Origin: Macrostomum lignano
Lineage: Eukaryota
Reading direction: 5' to 3'
Assembly (NCBI GenBank): GCA_002269645.1
Contig: NIVC01001456.1
Location: 222,228-286,227 of the forward strand
Length of the DNA stretch: 64,000 nucleotides
Positions 62,752 to 64,000 of this stretch are shown piece after piece. Position 1 is the first letter of the stretch; every line of letters begins with the position of its first letter. Under the pieces are notes generated by a model. That model searched no databases. It was not told the DNA's origin and was given only the letters and a program-made list of their open reading frames with translations. The position numbers and the translations under genes were made by a program.

Positions 62752-63212
62752 CACAGATACTAGAATAACCAGATGGGCCACTCAGCACATTTGCGTGTAA
62801 GCTACTTTCAGTTCAGTAGCAAGTTAAACAGAAGCATTTTAATGTATTTTTAAAGCCAAGGCTCATTTATTGCTCTTACCCCCCTCCCCCACTTAAACCT
62901 CCAACCGCGCCTTTCCACACTACCCCCCTCGCCCCGCCCCACCCTAATTTTTATTGCCTTTCTCGGGATTCCAGCCTAAAGCGGCCATGTACATTTCAGT
63001 GGACTGGCTAATGTACATTACTGCCGAACCAATTAGCAAGCTGTTTACGCCTGCAAGCTTGGGCTTCTAAACTTATCAAAGTCATTTCAGCTGCCTTTAT
63101 TTTTATAAAATAGCTTATGTATACTTCCTTGCTACTGAACTGAAAGTAGAAAGCTGTTTTACTAAGTACATATGCCTCCTGAGTGGCCCATCTAGTTATT
63201 TAAGTATCTGTG
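62752..63212. mobile_element. P-like (or hAT) MITE, 461 bp, 8-bp TSD GGGTTGAC
   Basis: Termini CACAGATAC...GTATCTGTG; inverted homology extends ~70 bp (AATAAC, AGATGGGCCACTCAG, CTACTTTCAGTTCAGTAGCAAG). Identical GGGTTGAC at 62744-62751 and 63213-63220. Confidence 0.8.
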
Positions 63213-63474
63213 GGGTTGACTAAGCAAAATCCTTAATAATGTTTTGTTATACAAGATTAAGGGAGAAGACAGTTTTGGACACTTTTGGGAGGATTGCGCA
63301 TTATACACAGCTCACTTATTATTTGCAAGTAACATTTATCTTCATATATGACTCTCTTATATGTATAGCTGACTCTCTTGAGGGTGAATATAGCGATAGG
63401 AGTAAATCCATTTACGAGCGTAAGGATCTAATACATTGTTATTTTCGTTTACAACGGAGATACATGTACATGCC

Positions 63475-63830
63475 TGTTGTTGTTGTTGTTGTTAAACGGG
63501 GTACCTAGTCCATGTAGTGCTTGACGCGGATCAGCCCAAGGAAGGGCTTTGCCGCTGGAGCAGGGTGAGTCGATCAAGGGCATGTACAAAGTTTCGCAGA
63601 CTATAATGGAGTTTTGGCCACTAGTGGGGCTTTGGCTCCAACTGCACGGGTGTAGGTTCACCCAATACCGTGGCAGCTCAAACAGTGCAGAGCATGGAAC
63701 TCTTCCAGAAATACGGGCAACTCTACCAGACGATACAAGATCAACTATGCGGTCATAGAGCCGCAGGCTGCACCCTCCGGCTGAGCACACCATCAGCGAC
63801 AATCTCATCAGAGACCGTCTTTATATGCAA
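63475..63830 (-). mobile_element. Possible degenerate LINE 3' end with an (AAC)n tail
   Basis: (TGT)n at 63475-63493 on plus. A frameshifted C-G...LVE/CPYF motif on minus weakly resembles the C-terminal CCHC knuckle of LINE ORF2. No TSD. Confidence 0.3.
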
Positions 63831-64000
63831 TACTCGTAGTTATAGGTACACTTTAAGAAAGACAATTAATAATCGTTTGTCTGCTCGTTTTAACATTTTG
63901 GTAATTGTATATGCTTGTGCAAGATTATGTATTATTATATGTATACATAATATTCTGCAATGCATACACAAGTAAAACTGAAGTCATTGCAATTAATCGA

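Overview
Eukaryotic (metazoan) genomic DNA with spliceosomal GT-AG introns, GC/CpG-rich exons, and a tandem-repeat array in nearly every large intron. The gene set and this architecture suggest a free-living flatworm such as Macrostomum; this is an inference. I built spliced models by hand for six protein genes: an RBM33-like RRM protein (+), a 103-aa calcitonin-type neuropeptide precursor (+, three exons, not recovered intact by the ORF track), a 7-EC protocadherin (+), FNBP4 (-), a class I eIF4E with an N-terminal 18 x 11-aa repeat extension (-), and an SLC35E1 with an intronless CDS (-). There is also a candidate spliced lncRNA/micropeptide gene. The right third holds non-autonomous DNA transposons (Tc1/mariner-like, Harbinger, hAT, MULE-like, Helitron, P-like), a perfect 178-bp palindrome and a sharply bounded CpG-depleted domain. 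Most long ORFs in the track are read-throughs of tandem repeats. All family assignments come from motif recognition and memory, not database searches.
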